A stretch of 64,000 nt of DNA from an uncultured Erysipelotrichaceae bacterium (GTDB taxonomy: Bacteria > Bacillota_I > Bacilli_A > RFN20 > CAG-826). The notes beneath the pieces are model-generated. The model was not told the DNA's origin, searched no databases, and saw only the letters and a program-made list of their open reading frames with translations. Shown here piece after piece: positions 29,625 through 39,326 of the stretch; within the stretch, counting starts at the first letter, position 1, and every line of letters begins with the position of its first letter. The stretch is taken from contig CADCEE010000001.1 of assembly GCA_902800355.1 (NCBI GenBank), positions 24,625-88,624 on the forward strand. The letters are read 5' to 3'. The translations under genes were made by a program, and so were the position numbers.

Positions 29625-30380
29625 ATGTACCCAAATTTATTTGGAATTAATGATTTTTCTTACGTGGTGATGATCTTTTTAGGAGTTATCGCTGCTTCAG
29701 TTATATTTTTTATCTACTTAAGTAAAAACGGAGTAGAGAAGAAATCATTTTTAGATTTGTCGATTGTGATTATCGTTACCGTGATTGTGGGTATTATTTT
29801 CGCTATTTTAGTGGAGAATGTTTATGAAGCGATTAAAGCTTCAGTAAATAACGTTGCCCCTAAATGGACTTGGGCAATGACGTTCTATGGAGGATTGGTG
29901 TTTGGTATACCAGCTTTTATCCTTATGTACCGCTACTATTATTTAAGAAATAATCCACCGATATTTAAAAAGATTTTGGTGATTGCTCCTGGAAGTGTTG
30001 CTATTGGTCACGCTTTTGGAAGAATTGGATGTTTTTTAAGTGGGTGTTGCTATGGGATCACCACTCACACTCATTTAGATGTTAATTTCCCTGGAATTGG
30101 AGAGCATCTACCAACTCAGCTTATTGAAATGGCATTTTTATTCATTTTAGGTGGTATATTAGTTTTCCTTGCTTTTAAGCACGTTACAAATTACACCGCG
30201 ATTATCTATTTATTTGCCTATTCTATTTTCCGCTTTATTATAGAATTCTTTAGAGGAGATGAAAGAGGCCAACTAGCGGGATTATCTCCTTCTCAATATT
30301 GGTGCATCATCCTCTTTTTACTAGCGGGTCTACTCATTTATTTCTATCAGAAGAAAGTGTTTAAAAAAGATGAAATTTAG
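29625..30380 (+). CDS. lgt: Prolipoprotein diacylglyceryl transferase
   Basis: Polytopic membrane protein with the HAFGRIGCFLSGCCYG signature and FRFIIEFFRGD. Confidence 0.88.
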   Translation: MYPNLFGINDFSYVVMIFLGVIAASVIFFIYLSKNGVEKKSFLDLSIVIIVTVIVGIIFAILVENVYEAIKASVNNVAPKWTWAMTFYGGLVFGIPAFILMYRYYYLRNNPPIFKKILVIAPGSVAIGHAFGRIGCFLSGCCYGITTHTHLDVNFPGIGEHLPTQLIEMAFLFILGGILVFLAFKHVTNYTAIIYLFAYSIFRFIIEFFRGDERGQLAGLSPSQYWCIILFLLAGLLIYFYQKKVFKKDEI

Positions 30381-31122
30381 GTTTTCAGATTTATTGATTT
30401 TTGCCCTTTTATTTATCTTTGTCGCTGCTTTTCCAGTGGATTTATTTCGTATCGATGAGACTTATAAATTATTGATTCATATCTCTTTAAGAACTCTTAT
30501 CCTTGTTTACTATATTTATATTTGTTTTGTGAATAGAATTAATATATTTAAGTTTTATAACTTAAAAAGATTACTTTTATTCCTCCCATTTTTACTTGCT
30601 TGTTTCTCTAATTTAATTGCCTTTGGCCTAGACGGTGGTCACTTTGCTAGTGTAACAATGACACCTGGATATTTATCTTTATTCATTATCTTCCATTTCT
30701 TAGGAGCGATAGTGGAAGAGTTCTTGTTTAGATTATTTATTCAAAGCGCTTTAGTTAGAGTGGGATCTATAAAAAGAATCATTTATGGAGCAACGATATT
30801 CGCTTTATTCCATTTACTGAATATGGTAAATATTTCTACAGTAGATGGACTTGTCACTATCTTAATTCAAGTCGCTTATAGCTTTGGACTAGGAATCCTA
30901 TTAGGATTTGTTTATGAATATACTTATTCTTTACCGGCTTGTATCTTACTCCACTTTGCATTTAATTTCTTTAATACAGTCTTATATCAATATATGGGAT
31001 GTGTAACTTCTAATTTTGCTTTCTATTTAACCGCGGTGGTGATCGCTTTAGTTTTAGTGGCCTATACTTTCTTAATTTACTGGTTTGTTTTAAGAAGAAA
31101 CGACAGATATTTTAAAGAATAA
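30370..31122 (+). CDS. CPBP-family intramembrane glutamic endopeptidase (Abi/CAAX protease-like)
   Basis: The EEFLFRLF, FALFHL and HFAFNF motifs lie in successive TM helices. Confidence 0.8.
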   Translation: MKFRFSDLLIFALLFIFVAAFPVDLFRIDETYKLLIHISLRTLILVYYIYICFVNRINIFKFYNLKRLLLFLPFLLACFSNLIAFGLDGGHFASVTMTPGYLSLFIIFHFLGAIVEEFLFRLFIQSALVRVGSIKRIIYGATIFALFHLLNMVNISTVDGLVTILIQVAYSFGLGILLGFVYEYTYSLPACILLHFAFNFFNTVLYQYMGCVTSNFAFYLTAVVIALVLVAYTFLIYWFVLRRNDRYFKE

Positions 31123-31174
31123 TATTCTTTTATAACTACCTATTTTATGTAAACATAATATTTGGAGGTTATTT

Positions 31175-31411
31175 ATGATAAATATCAGCATCCATTCTGC
31201 TTTTGAAAATTTTAACGATATTTTTGATAAATGCATAAAAGACGACTCAATTTATAGAATTAAAACCGATAAGGGGAACGTTATAATGCTAAGTGAAAAG
31301 CGTTACTTAAAAATGCTTGAAACAGTCGAAAATGTATCACTATTACAATCATTAAAAGAAATCAATCAAACTCCTATTGATGAATTTGAAAAATATCCAC
31401 CTTGGAACTAG
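31175..31411 (+). CDS. Small Phd/YefM-like antitoxin-fold protein (orphan)
   Basis: 78 aa. The N-terminal pattern (I...SAFENFNDIFDKC...D.IYRIKTDKGNVIMLSEKRYLKMLE) resembles the Phd/YefM N-domain. No toxin ORF follows. Confidence 0.45.
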   Translation: MINISIHSAFENFNDIFDKCIKDDSIYRIKTDKGNVIMLSEKRYLKMLETVENVSLLQSLKEINQTPIDEFEKYPPWN

Positions 31412-31426
31412 ATTCAAAATGCAGAA

Positions 31427-31455
31427 AACAAAAATGGCCTGATGGCTGTTTTTGT
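31427..31455 (+). terminator. Rho-independent terminator
   Basis: Stem aaaaatggcc/ggctgttttt (with G-U pairs) that runs into a T-rich tail. Confidence 0.55.
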
Positions 31456-31464
31456 TTGTCTTTA

Positions 31465-31493
31465 TTGCTTGTTATTAATTATAAACATATAAT
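31465..31493 (+). promoter_or_regulatory. Sigma-70-type promoter TTGCTT-17 nt-TATAAT, 6 nt upstream of the ATG at 31500 (leaderless start of the purine-catabolism operon)
   Basis: Hexamers at 31465-31470 and 31488-31493. No SD sequence lies before the ATG. Confidence 0.55.
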
Positions 31494-31499
31494 TATTGC

Positions 31500-32048
31500 A
31501 TGGCGGAATGCATTATCTTAGCCGGTGGCAAGTCTACCAGAATGGGCTCTAATAAGATGCTTTTAGATTATAAAGGTCATCCATTACTTTGGTATACCAT
31601 CCAAAGTGTGAGACCATTTGTTACTAGAATTATTGTTGTTACTGGTAAATATGATCAAGAAATTAGAGAAGCTTTAAAAGAAGAAAAAGTCACTTTTGTT
31701 TATAACAAGGATTATGAGTCAGGGATGTTCTCTAGTGTTTTAACTGGTGTAAAAGAAACTAAAGATGATTTTATGGTGCTTCCTGGAGATTGTCCTTTTG
31801 TTAAAAAGGAAACGTTTGAAAAAGTATTAAAAGGAAAAGGGGAAATCCGTTACCCAAAATGTGGGGATTTAGAAGGTCACCCCCTTTATATATCAAAGAA
31901 ATATAAAGATGAATTGTTAACTTTTGGATTAGATAATAATCTAAAAATGTTTCGCGATAGCAAAAAATGTGAAATAATATTTGTTGAAGACAAAAATATA
32001 GGGATGAATCTAAATAATAAATTAGATTTTTATCATTTGCCTAACTGA
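31500..32048 (+). CDS. mocA: MobA-like nucleotidyltransferase (molybdenum cofactor cytidylyltransferase MocA/YgfJ type)
   Basis: ILAGGKSTRMGSNK N-terminal motif, 182 aa. It sits immediately upstream of the molybdenum hydroxylase subunits. Confidence 0.75.
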   Translation: MAECIILAGGKSTRMGSNKMLLDYKGHPLLWYTIQSVRPFVTRIIVVTGKYDQEIREALKEEKVTFVYNKDYESGMFSSVLTGVKETKDDFMVLPGDCPFVKKETFEKVLKGKGEIRYPKCGDLEGHPLYISKKYKDELLTFGLDNNLKMFRDSKKCEIIFVEDKNIGMNLNNKLDFYHLPN

Positions 32049-32062
32049 GAAAGGAAGATAGT

Positions 32063-32845
32063 ATGAAAGTTAATGAGTACTACCGAGCGTCTTCTTTAGA
32101 AGATGCTTATCAAAAACTCCAAGCCTCACCAAAAAATGCGATTCTCGCTGGTGGTCTTTGGATGAAAAAAATGGGTCAGAGTTATGACACTATTATTGAT
32201 TTATCAAAACTTGGTTTAGATAAGATTGAAGACAAAAAAGACGAAGTAGTCGTTGGATCAATGGTCACTCAACGTGATTTTGAAAATTCCAAAATCGTTT
32301 CTTTTTTATACGCGGGCGCACCTGCATTTGCGGTAAGAGAAGTGATGGGAGTGAATTTTAGAAATCTCGCTACTATTGGAGGATCAATCATGGGAAGATA
32401 TCCATTCTCTGATGTGATTACTGGCTTACTTCCATATGATGTAGAACTTGAATTCTATCCAGCTCAAAAAATGAGTTTAGAAGAATACTTAAACTATAAA
32501 GGGAAAATGAACGCTATTTTGGTAGCGGTTCATATTAAAAAGGGTGAAGGTAAAGGTTACTTTAAAAAAGTAAAGACTACCGCATTAGATTTCCCAATTG
32601 TAAATATCGCTGTTAGTAAAGTTAGCGGAGAATATCGTGTTGTTGTTGGTGCTAGACCAATGGTGGCCGCTAGAAGCTACAAGGCTATGGAATATTTAAA
32701 TAACGGAGGAAAAGATTTTGCTAAAGCCGCAGAATTAGCGGTCGAAGAACTTTCCTTCATGGATAATAAAGATTCCTCTAAAGAATATCGCGTTGATTTA
32801 GCGAAAGTTTACGTTAGAAGAGGATTAGAGGAGGTAAGTAAATAA
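32063..32845 (+). CDS. Molybdenum hydroxylase FAD-binding subunit (YgfM/CoxM-like)
   Basis: 260 aa, the same length class as E. coli YgfM as I recall it. FAD_binding_5-type N-terminus (ILAGGLWM...). It precedes the Fe-S and Mo subunits. Confidence 0.75.
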   Translation: MKVNEYYRASSLEDAYQKLQASPKNAILAGGLWMKKMGQSYDTIIDLSKLGLDKIEDKKDEVVVGSMVTQRDFENSKIVSFLYAGAPAFAVREVMGVNFRNLATIGGSIMGRYPFSDVITGLLPYDVELEFYPAQKMSLEEYLNYKGKMNAILVAVHIKKGEGKGYFKKVKTTALDFPIVNIAVSKVSGEYRVVVGARPMVAARSYKAMEYLNNGGKDFAKAAELAVEELSFMDNKDSSKEYRVDLAKVYVRRGLEEVSK

Positions 32846-33294
32846 TGTTAGTGACATTTTATTTAAATAACACTCAGGTTAGTTATGATGTTAGACCTGA
32901 TGAATATTTATCGCAAACATTACGTAGCCACGGTATTAAATCCGTAAAAGTTGGATGTAATGAATCTACTTGTGGTAGCTGTACCCTTTTATTAGATGAT
33001 AAACCAGTGATGTCTTGTAGTGTTCTTACTGCTTCTATTGAAGGTAAACACGTGACCACTGTTGAAGGTATTCAAGAAGAGGCTGCTAAAATCTCTTACT
33101 ACTTCGCTGAAGAAGGAGCAGATCAATGTGGCTTCTGTAATACAGGTTATGCTTTAGTGGTCTATTCTCTTAAGAGAACCATTAAAAATCCTACTGAAGA
33201 ACAAATAATTGATTATATCGTTGGCAATTTATGCCGCTGTAGTGGGCTTCAAAGTCAGCTTAATGCAATTAAAGCCTACTTAAAGGAGGAATAA
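32845..33294 (+). CDS. Molybdenum hydroxylase [2Fe-2S] subunit
   Basis: CNESTCGSCT plus CGFCNTG...CRCSG, the two canonical 2Fe-2S cysteine clusters. Confidence 0.88.
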   Translation: MLVTFYLNNTQVSYDVRPDEYLSQTLRSHGIKSVKVGCNESTCGSCTLLLDDKPVMSCSVLTASIEGKHVTTVEGIQEEAAKISYYFAEEGADQCGFCNTGYALVVYSLKRTIKNPTEEQIIDYIVGNLCRCSGLQSQLNAIKAYLKEE

Positions 33295-33297
33295 GTC

Positions 33298-35625
33298 ATG
33301 GCTGTCGATAAGAAGAAATTAAAAGTTGTTAATAACAAGACCCATTCAATTGATGGTCAAGGTTTAATGCAAGGTAGAAGCTATTATACTGACGATCTTG
33401 CTGAACAAAATTCTTTAGTCATTAAGATTTTAAGATCTCCACATGCTTTTGCTCATATCAAATCAATTGATGTTAGCGAAGCCCAAAAATTAAACGGAGT
33501 GGAGTTAGTCTTAACTTATAAAGATGTTCCACATGTCTCTTTCTCTAGAGCGGGTCAAGGATATCCAGAACCATCTCCACATGATAAATTCATCTTAGAT
33601 GAATATGTGAGATACGTTGGTGATGAAGTAGCAATGGTCGCCGCAATTAATGAAAGAGTAGCAGAAGAAGCTCTTAAATTAATCAAAGTGGAATTTGAAG
33701 TTTTAGAACCTGTTTTAGATTTTGAAACTGCTTATGAAAATAAATCAGTCATCCATCCAGAAGACGGCATTAAAGAGATGTTCCCAATTGGTTTTGATCC
33801 TAAAAAGAATGTCGCTGCTAGTTATGAAATGGAAGTTGGTGATGTAGAAAAAGAACTTGCTAAATCTGATGTCATCGTCGATGAAACATTCTATTCCCAA
33901 GCACAAGCTCATGCGATGCTTGAAACTCATTCTAGTAATGCTAGATTAGACACTCATAATAGATTAGTTATTTATTCTTCTACTCAAACTCCATTCCATA
34001 TGAGAAGAATTATGGCCACCACTTTAGGTTTACCAGTCTCTAAAATTAGATTTATTAAACCTCGTGTTGGTGGTGGATTTGGTGGTAAACAAGCATTCCA
34101 TGGAGAAATGTTCTGTGCTTTAACTACGTTAAGAACAGGAAAGCCATCTAAATTAGTCTACACTAGAGAAGAAGTCTTTGGTGCTTCATATACACGTCAT
34201 CCAATGCGTATTCGTATGCGTATTGGAGCGATGAAAGATGGAAGAATTAACGCAATTGATTGTCGTTCTTTAAGTGATACAGGTGCTTATGGAGAACATA
34301 GCTTGACCGTCTTTATGATTGTCGGCAGTAAAGTTCTTCCTTTATATAATAAAGTCGATGCGGTGAAGTTTGGTGGAAGAGTTGTTTATACTAACCACGT
34401 TCCAGCAGGTGCATATCGTGGATATGGCGCTATTCAAGGTAACTATGCTTTAGAAGCTACTGTTGATATTCTCGCAGAAAAACTTGGCATGGACCCAAAA
34501 GTTCTTAGAGAAAAGAACTCCATGAAAGAAAAAGAAACTTCACCAATCTTTGAGATTATGGGTGAAGGTACCAAAGGTACAGCAATGATTATGGAATCTT
34601 GCAAACTTCCTTACTGTATCAAACGTGGTGCGGAACTCATCGGCTGGGATAAAAAATGGCCAAGAGTCAAAGTTAGCGACACTAAAGTTAGAGGATATGG
34701 CATGGCAATTGCTATGCAAGGTAGTGGTATTCCATTTATGGATATGGGTAGCTGTTCTATCAAACTCAACGATGGTGGTAGCTATAACGTTACTGTTGGT
34801 GCTACTGATATTGGCCAAGGTAGTGATACTTTAATTGCTCAAATCGTTGCTGAAGAATTACAAACAACAGTGGATAACATTTTAATTTATTCCTCAGATA
34901 CAGATTTAACTCCATTTGATTGTGGTGCTTATGCTTCCTCTACCACATATATTAGTGGTAATGCAGCCTGGAGAGCGGCTATTAAGATGAGAGAAAGACT
35001 TATTAAAGAAGCTGCTGAATATTTAGGCGAGAAACCTGAAAATGTAGAATTCGACGGCAAGATCTTTACTAGTAAAGATAAACAAGTTTCTTTATATGAT
35101 CTAAGTGTTCAATTCTTATATAATAAGAACTTACATCAAGTGAGTATCACTGAATCATATTATGGACATGTTTCTCCACCTCCATTTATGGCAGCTTACG
35201 CTGAAGTGGAAGTTGATTTAGAAACTGGTGAATACGATATCCTTAACTATGTAACTGTTACGGATTGTGGCACCACCATTAACCCAATGCTTGCAAGAGG
35301 CCAAGTTGAAGGTGGTATTGTTCAAGGTTTAGGTATGGCCTGTTTTGAAGATGTGAAATACGACAAGAAAGGTAATTTACTTAGTAATAACTTCCTTGGT
35401 TATCACATCCCAACTCATAAAGAGATTCATAAATTAACATCTGAATTTGCAGACTCCTATGAACCAACAGGTCCATTCGGTGCTAAATCAGTTGGTGAAA
35501 TTGGTATTGATACTCCTCCAGCGGTTATTTGTAACGCAATTTATAACGCAACTGGTGTGCGTGTACATACTTTACCAATCACCCCAGAAAAGATTTTAAA
35601 GGGAATTAAAGAACTTAAAAAATAA
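33298..35625 (+). CDS. Molybdopterin-binding large subunit of a xanthine dehydrogenase-family enzyme (XdhD-like; together with the preceding Fe-S subunit it equals a split XdhD)
   Basis: 775 aa. Ald_Xan_dh_C N-domain, RVGGGFGGK motif, AYRGYG and GEIG regions. Confidence 0.85.
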   Translation: MAVDKKKLKVVNNKTHSIDGQGLMQGRSYYTDDLAEQNSLVIKILRSPHAFAHIKSIDVSEAQKLNGVELVLTYKDVPHVSFSRAGQGYPEPSPHDKFILDEYVRYVGDEVAMVAAINERVAEEALKLIKVEFEVLEPVLDFETAYENKSVIHPEDGIKEMFPIGFDPKKNVAASYEMEVGDVEKELAKSDVIVDETFYSQAQAHAMLETHSSNARLDTHNRLVIYSSTQTPFHMRRIMATTLGLPVSKIRFIKPRVGGGFGGKQAFHGEMFCALTTLRTGKPSKLVYTREEVFGASYTRHPMRIRMRIGAMKDGRINAIDCRSLSDTGAYGEHSLTVFMIVGSKVLPLYNKVDAVKFGGRVVYTNHVPAGAYRGYGAIQGNYALEATVDILAEKLGMDPKVLREKNSMKEKETSPIFEIMGEGTKGTAMIMESCKLPYCIKRGAELIGWDKKWPRVKVSDTKVRGYGMAIAMQGSGIPFMDMGSCSIKLNDGGSYNVTVGATDIGQGSDTLIAQIVAEELQTTVDNILIYSSDTDLTPFDCGAYASSTTYISGNAAWRAAIKMRERLIKEAAEYLGEKPENVEFDGKIFTSKDKQVSLYDLSVQFLYNKNLHQVSITESYYGHVSPPPFMAAYAEVEVDLETGEYDILNYVTVTDCGTTINPMLARGQVEGGIVQGLGMACFEDVKYDKKGNLLSNNFLGYHIPTHKEIHKLTSEFADSYEPTGPFGAKSVGEIGIDTPPAVICNAIYNATGVRVHTLPITPEKILKGIKELKK

Positions 35626-35626
35626 T

Positions 35627-36937
35627 ATGCTCGACTTACTTCTAGTAAACGGATTTGCTTATATAGATGAACGATATCAAAAAGTGAATATCGGTATTTC
35701 TGGTGAGCGTATTTCCTATATAGGAAAAGAAACACCTAACGCCACTAGGGTAATCGATGTTCACCATAACCGTATCCTTCCTGGATTTATTGATCCACAC
35801 GTTCATTTTGCTTTATATTGCGGCACTATTACTAGTAGAGACGATTTTGTCGGTGGCAGTAAATCTGCCATATACGGAGGGGTAACCACAATAGTGGATT
35901 TCCTAGACCCAAGTAGAAACGCTAAAGAATTAGTGGAAACTTATAATAGACGATTAAAAGAAGCTAAAGGCTGTAACGTCGATTATCATTTTCATGCTTG
36001 TATTAAAGAGCCTGATGGTGATTTAGAAGAATACGTCTTAAAGATGAAGGATTTAGGAATTAATACAGTGAAGTTATTCACTACTTATTCTGAGACCCAC
36101 CGCCAAACAAAAGATGAGGATATTAAGAAATTATTAAAGCTATCCAGAAAATATAAATTTGTTGTTTGTGCTCATATTGAAAAAAACAGTTTGATCAAGC
36201 ACGATGAAGGTTTGACTTATAAAGATTTACCAAAAGCTAGAAGTAGCGCTGCGGAAACTATTGAAGCCATGAAATTATGCGAGATGGCTGTTAAGAGTAA
36301 AGGCAAGTTATATATGGTTCACTGTTCTAGTGGCTATACATTAGAAAGCATTGTGAATACGTATGGTAAATATCTTGGTAAATACATCTTTATCGAATCA
36401 TGCCCACAATACTTTATGTTTAATAATGAGGTGCTCAAAAAAGATAATGGTTATTTATATACATTCGCTCCACCTTTAAGAAGTGAAGTTGAACGTAGAA
36501 AGTTATGCAAATATTTCGATTACCTTAGTTCAATTGGTACAGACCACTGCGCATTTAATAAACTAGATAAAGAGTCTCATCCACATTTAAATGGACATCC
36601 ATTAGGAGTCGGTGGAATCGAATCTAGCTTCTTATCAATGTATGAACTTTTTGGTGATAAAGTTATTTCCAAAATGTGTCAAAATACCGCGAAAATTCAA
36701 AGATTTAAGCACAAAAACGGTATAAAACTTAAAAATTATGCTGATTTAGTGATTATGTCTAGTGACCCACAAATCGTTGGTAAGCCACATGGAAACGTGG
36801 ACTATTCTATATATGAAGGAATGCATTTATCTAACAAGATTGTCTCTACAATTGCTAGAGGTAAGTTTGTGTTAAAAGACGGTAAATTCTATCCTCATAA
36901 AGGTCAACTTATAAAATGCGAGATGAGAAGATTATGA
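35627..36937 (+). CDS. Cyclic amidohydrolase (dihydropyrimidinase/hydantoinase HyuA-like)
   Basis: PGFIDPHVHF metal motif and an internal K/H/H/D ligand pattern (VKLF..., VCAHIE, GTDHC). 436 aa. Confidence 0.75.
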   Translation: MLDLLLVNGFAYIDERYQKVNIGISGERISYIGKETPNATRVIDVHHNRILPGFIDPHVHFALYCGTITSRDDFVGGSKSAIYGGVTTIVDFLDPSRNAKELVETYNRRLKEAKGCNVDYHFHACIKEPDGDLEEYVLKMKDLGINTVKLFTTYSETHRQTKDEDIKKLLKLSRKYKFVVCAHIEKNSLIKHDEGLTYKDLPKARSSAAETIEAMKLCEMAVKSKGKLYMVHCSSGYTLESIVNTYGKYLGKYIFIESCPQYFMFNNEVLKKDNGYLYTFAPPLRSEVERRKLCKYFDYLSSIGTDHCAFNKLDKESHPHLNGHPLGVGGIESSFLSMYELFGDKVISKMCQNTAKIQRFKHKNGIKLKNYADLVIMSSDPQIVGKPHGNVDYSIYEGMHLSNKIVSTIARGKFVLKDGKFYPHKGQLIKCEMRRL

Positions 36938-38232
36938 ACGCTTTAATTAATGTTAGAATTTTTGATTATGAGAATTATATCGAATCTGGATATGTTGTTT
37001 TTGATGAACATGTTCAAGAAGTCGGTAAGATGAGTGATTTCAAAAATAAAGGTTATAAAGTGATAGACGGAAAAGGTCAATTACTCATGCCTAATTTTGT
37101 ATGCGCTCATTCACATATTTATTCTATTTTTGCTCGAGGACTTATTCTTCCATTTAATCCAAAGAACTTCCAAGAGATTTTAGACCAGATGTGGTGGAAG
37201 ATTGATAGAGAAATTGATAACCCAGTTTCTTATTATTCTGGTATTGCTGCGGGAAGTGAATTTTTACTTAATGGAGTGACTACTATTATTGATCATCACG
37301 CTTCTGGAAAAGATATTTTAGGTTCATTAACTGCTTTAAAGAAAGCTCTTGATAATACCTTACACTTAAGAAGCATCTTATGTTTTGAAACTAGTGATAG
37401 ATATAACATTAATGAATGTATTAAAGAAAATATTAGCTTTGCTAATAGGTATCATACCTCCCACGTAAGCGGGTTATTTGGTATGCATGCCTCTATGAGT
37501 TTAAGCGAAGAAACTCTTAAGAAGATTTCTAAAAAGCTAAAGGATTTACCAATTCATATTCATGTTGCAGAAAGTGATATGGATGTGGTTGATAGCGAAG
37601 CCAAATATCACACTTCAATCATTGAAAGATTAGATAAGCATAATCTTATAAACGAAGATTCTTTAATTGTTCATGGAGTGTTTTTATCCGATAAAGAACT
37701 CGACATTATAAAAAAGAGAAAAGCTTATATGGTTGTTAATACTACTAGTAACTTAAATAACGCTGTTGGAATTACTGATATTAAGAAATTTATTGATAAA
37801 GGTATCCCAGTGATGGTTGGTAATGATGGCTTATCTTCTTCTATGGCGATTGAATATCAAAATGCGATGTATTTAACTCATTTAAAAAATGCATCACCAA
37901 CTGCATTAAACGTTAGTCACATTTTAACGATGATTAATAATGCTTATGATTACGCTTCTAGAAGATTAGGAATTAAATTAGGAAAGATTAAAAGTGGTTA
38001 CGTTTCTGACTTTATGTTAGTTAACTACACCCCATTCACTGAGATGAATAGTGGTAACGCTTTTGGTCATATATTCTACGGCTTATTCCCTAATTTTAGA
38101 CCTAATGATGTTTATGTTGACGGGAAACATCTAGTTAAATCTGGCGAATTAGTTTCACCTAAAGTGAAAACTGAATTAATAGAATCAAGAAAATATAGTG
38201 AAACTCTTTGGAAAAGAGTAAAGGAGAAATAA
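36934..38232 (+). CDS. ssnA: SsnA-like aminohydrolase (chlorohydrolase/deaminase family)
   Basis: Amidohydrolase_1 fold (NFVCAHSHIYS, IHIHVAES, HGVFLS, GNDG). ATGA overlap with the upstream gene. The track's alternative start is 36916. Confidence 0.7.
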   Translation: MNALINVRIFDYENYIESGYVVFDEHVQEVGKMSDFKNKGYKVIDGKGQLLMPNFVCAHSHIYSIFARGLILPFNPKNFQEILDQMWWKIDREIDNPVSYYSGIAAGSEFLLNGVTTIIDHHASGKDILGSLTALKKALDNTLHLRSILCFETSDRYNINECIKENISFANRYHTSHVSGLFGMHASMSLSEETLKKISKKLKDLPIHIHVAESDMDVVDSEAKYHTSIIERLDKHNLINEDSLIVHGVFLSDKELDIIKKRKAYMVVNTTSNLNNAVGITDIKKFIDKGIPVMVGNDGLSSSMAIEYQNAMYLTHLKNASPTALNVSHILTMINNAYDYASRRLGIKLGKIKSGYVSDFMLVNYTPFTEMNSGNAFGHIFYGLFPNFRPNDVYVDGKHLVKSGELVSPKVKTELIESRKYSETLWKRVKEK

Positions 38233-38234
38233 TT

Positions 38235-39320
38235 ATGGATCTATCTACAAAATTTGATGGCTTAGTTCTTAAAAACCCACTTATGCCAGCAGCGGGACCA
38301 CTTGTTGGTGACGCTGAAAAAATGCTTTGGCTTAAAGAACAAGGTTTAGGTGCATTAGTGGCTAAGACCATTTCCACAAAAGACGCTCATATTCCACATC
38401 CATGTATTATCGGAGAAGGAAATAATGCGATCTTTAACTGCGAACTCTGGACAGAATATCCAAAAGAAAAATGGATTAATGAATTCCTTCCAGAATTAGT
38501 GGCGAAAAAAGGAGATACACCTCTAATTATTTCTGTTGGTTACACCAAAGAAGATATGGAAGTCCTTATTCCTGTTTTAGATAAATTTGCGGATGCCTTT
38601 GAAGTGAGCTGCCACTATGTTGGCACTGACCATGAAATGATGGCAGAAGTTGTTAGAACCATTAGAAAGCATACTAAAAAACCTTTCTATATGAAAATCT
38701 CACCACACATCCCTGATCCTGCTCATTTTGCCCACACTATTAAAGAAAATGGAGCTAATGGAGTAGTTGCTATTAACTCCCTTGGTCCTAGCATGGTTAT
38801 TGATGTCGAAAAACGTCAAATGGCCTGTTCAAATGATAAAGGATTTGTCTGGATGTCAGGTCCAGTGGTTAAACCATTAGCTTTAGCTACTGTTTATACT
38901 ATTAAACAAGCTGAGCCATCCTTAACCGTTATTGGTGTTGGTGGAGTTGCTAGCGCTAAAGATGTGATTGAATTCTTATTAGCCGGTGCAAGTGCGGTAG
39001 GTATGCTATCCGCCCCTATGTTAAGAGGCAAAGAATTATATGCTAAAGTCATCGCTGACTTACCAAAAGAATTAGAGAAATATGGATTTAAATCTGTTCA
39101 AGAAGTTATTGATACTCATTTAACAAATAAAGTGACTTATGAACATGAAATGCCTTGTGTTAACAAAGAAAAATGTACTCACTGTGGAATGTGTATGAGA
39201 AACTGCCCATATTTCGCGATTGAAATGAATGAAGAAAAGGTGCCAGTATTTGATGCATCTAAATGTTTTAGATGCGGATTATGTGCCTCTAAATGTCCAG
39301 TTAAAGCTATTAAGTTTTAG
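38235..39320 (+). CDS. Dihydroorotate/dihydropyrimidine dehydrogenase-like flavoprotein with two C-terminal [4Fe-4S] ferredoxin motifs (PreA-like)
   Basis: DHOD class-1 TIM barrel (LKNPLMPAAGP, TIST..., GVGGV), then CTHCGMCMRNCP and CFRCGLCASKCP. RBS aaggag at 38221-38226. Confidence 0.8.
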   Translation: MDLSTKFDGLVLKNPLMPAAGPLVGDAEKMLWLKEQGLGALVAKTISTKDAHIPHPCIIGEGNNAIFNCELWTEYPKEKWINEFLPELVAKKGDTPLIISVGYTKEDMEVLIPVLDKFADAFEVSCHYVGTDHEMMAEVVRTIRKHTKKPFYMKISPHIPDPAHFAHTIKENGANGVVAINSLGPSMVIDVEKRQMACSNDKGFVWMSGPVVKPLALATVYTIKQAEPSLTVIGVGGVASAKDVIEFLLAGASAVGMLSAPMLRGKELYAKVIADLPKELEKYGFKSVQEVIDTHLTNKVTYEHEMPCVNKEKCTHCGMCMRNCPYFAIEMNEEKVPVFDASKCFRCGLCASKCPVKAIKF

Positions 39321-39326
39321 TAAGTA

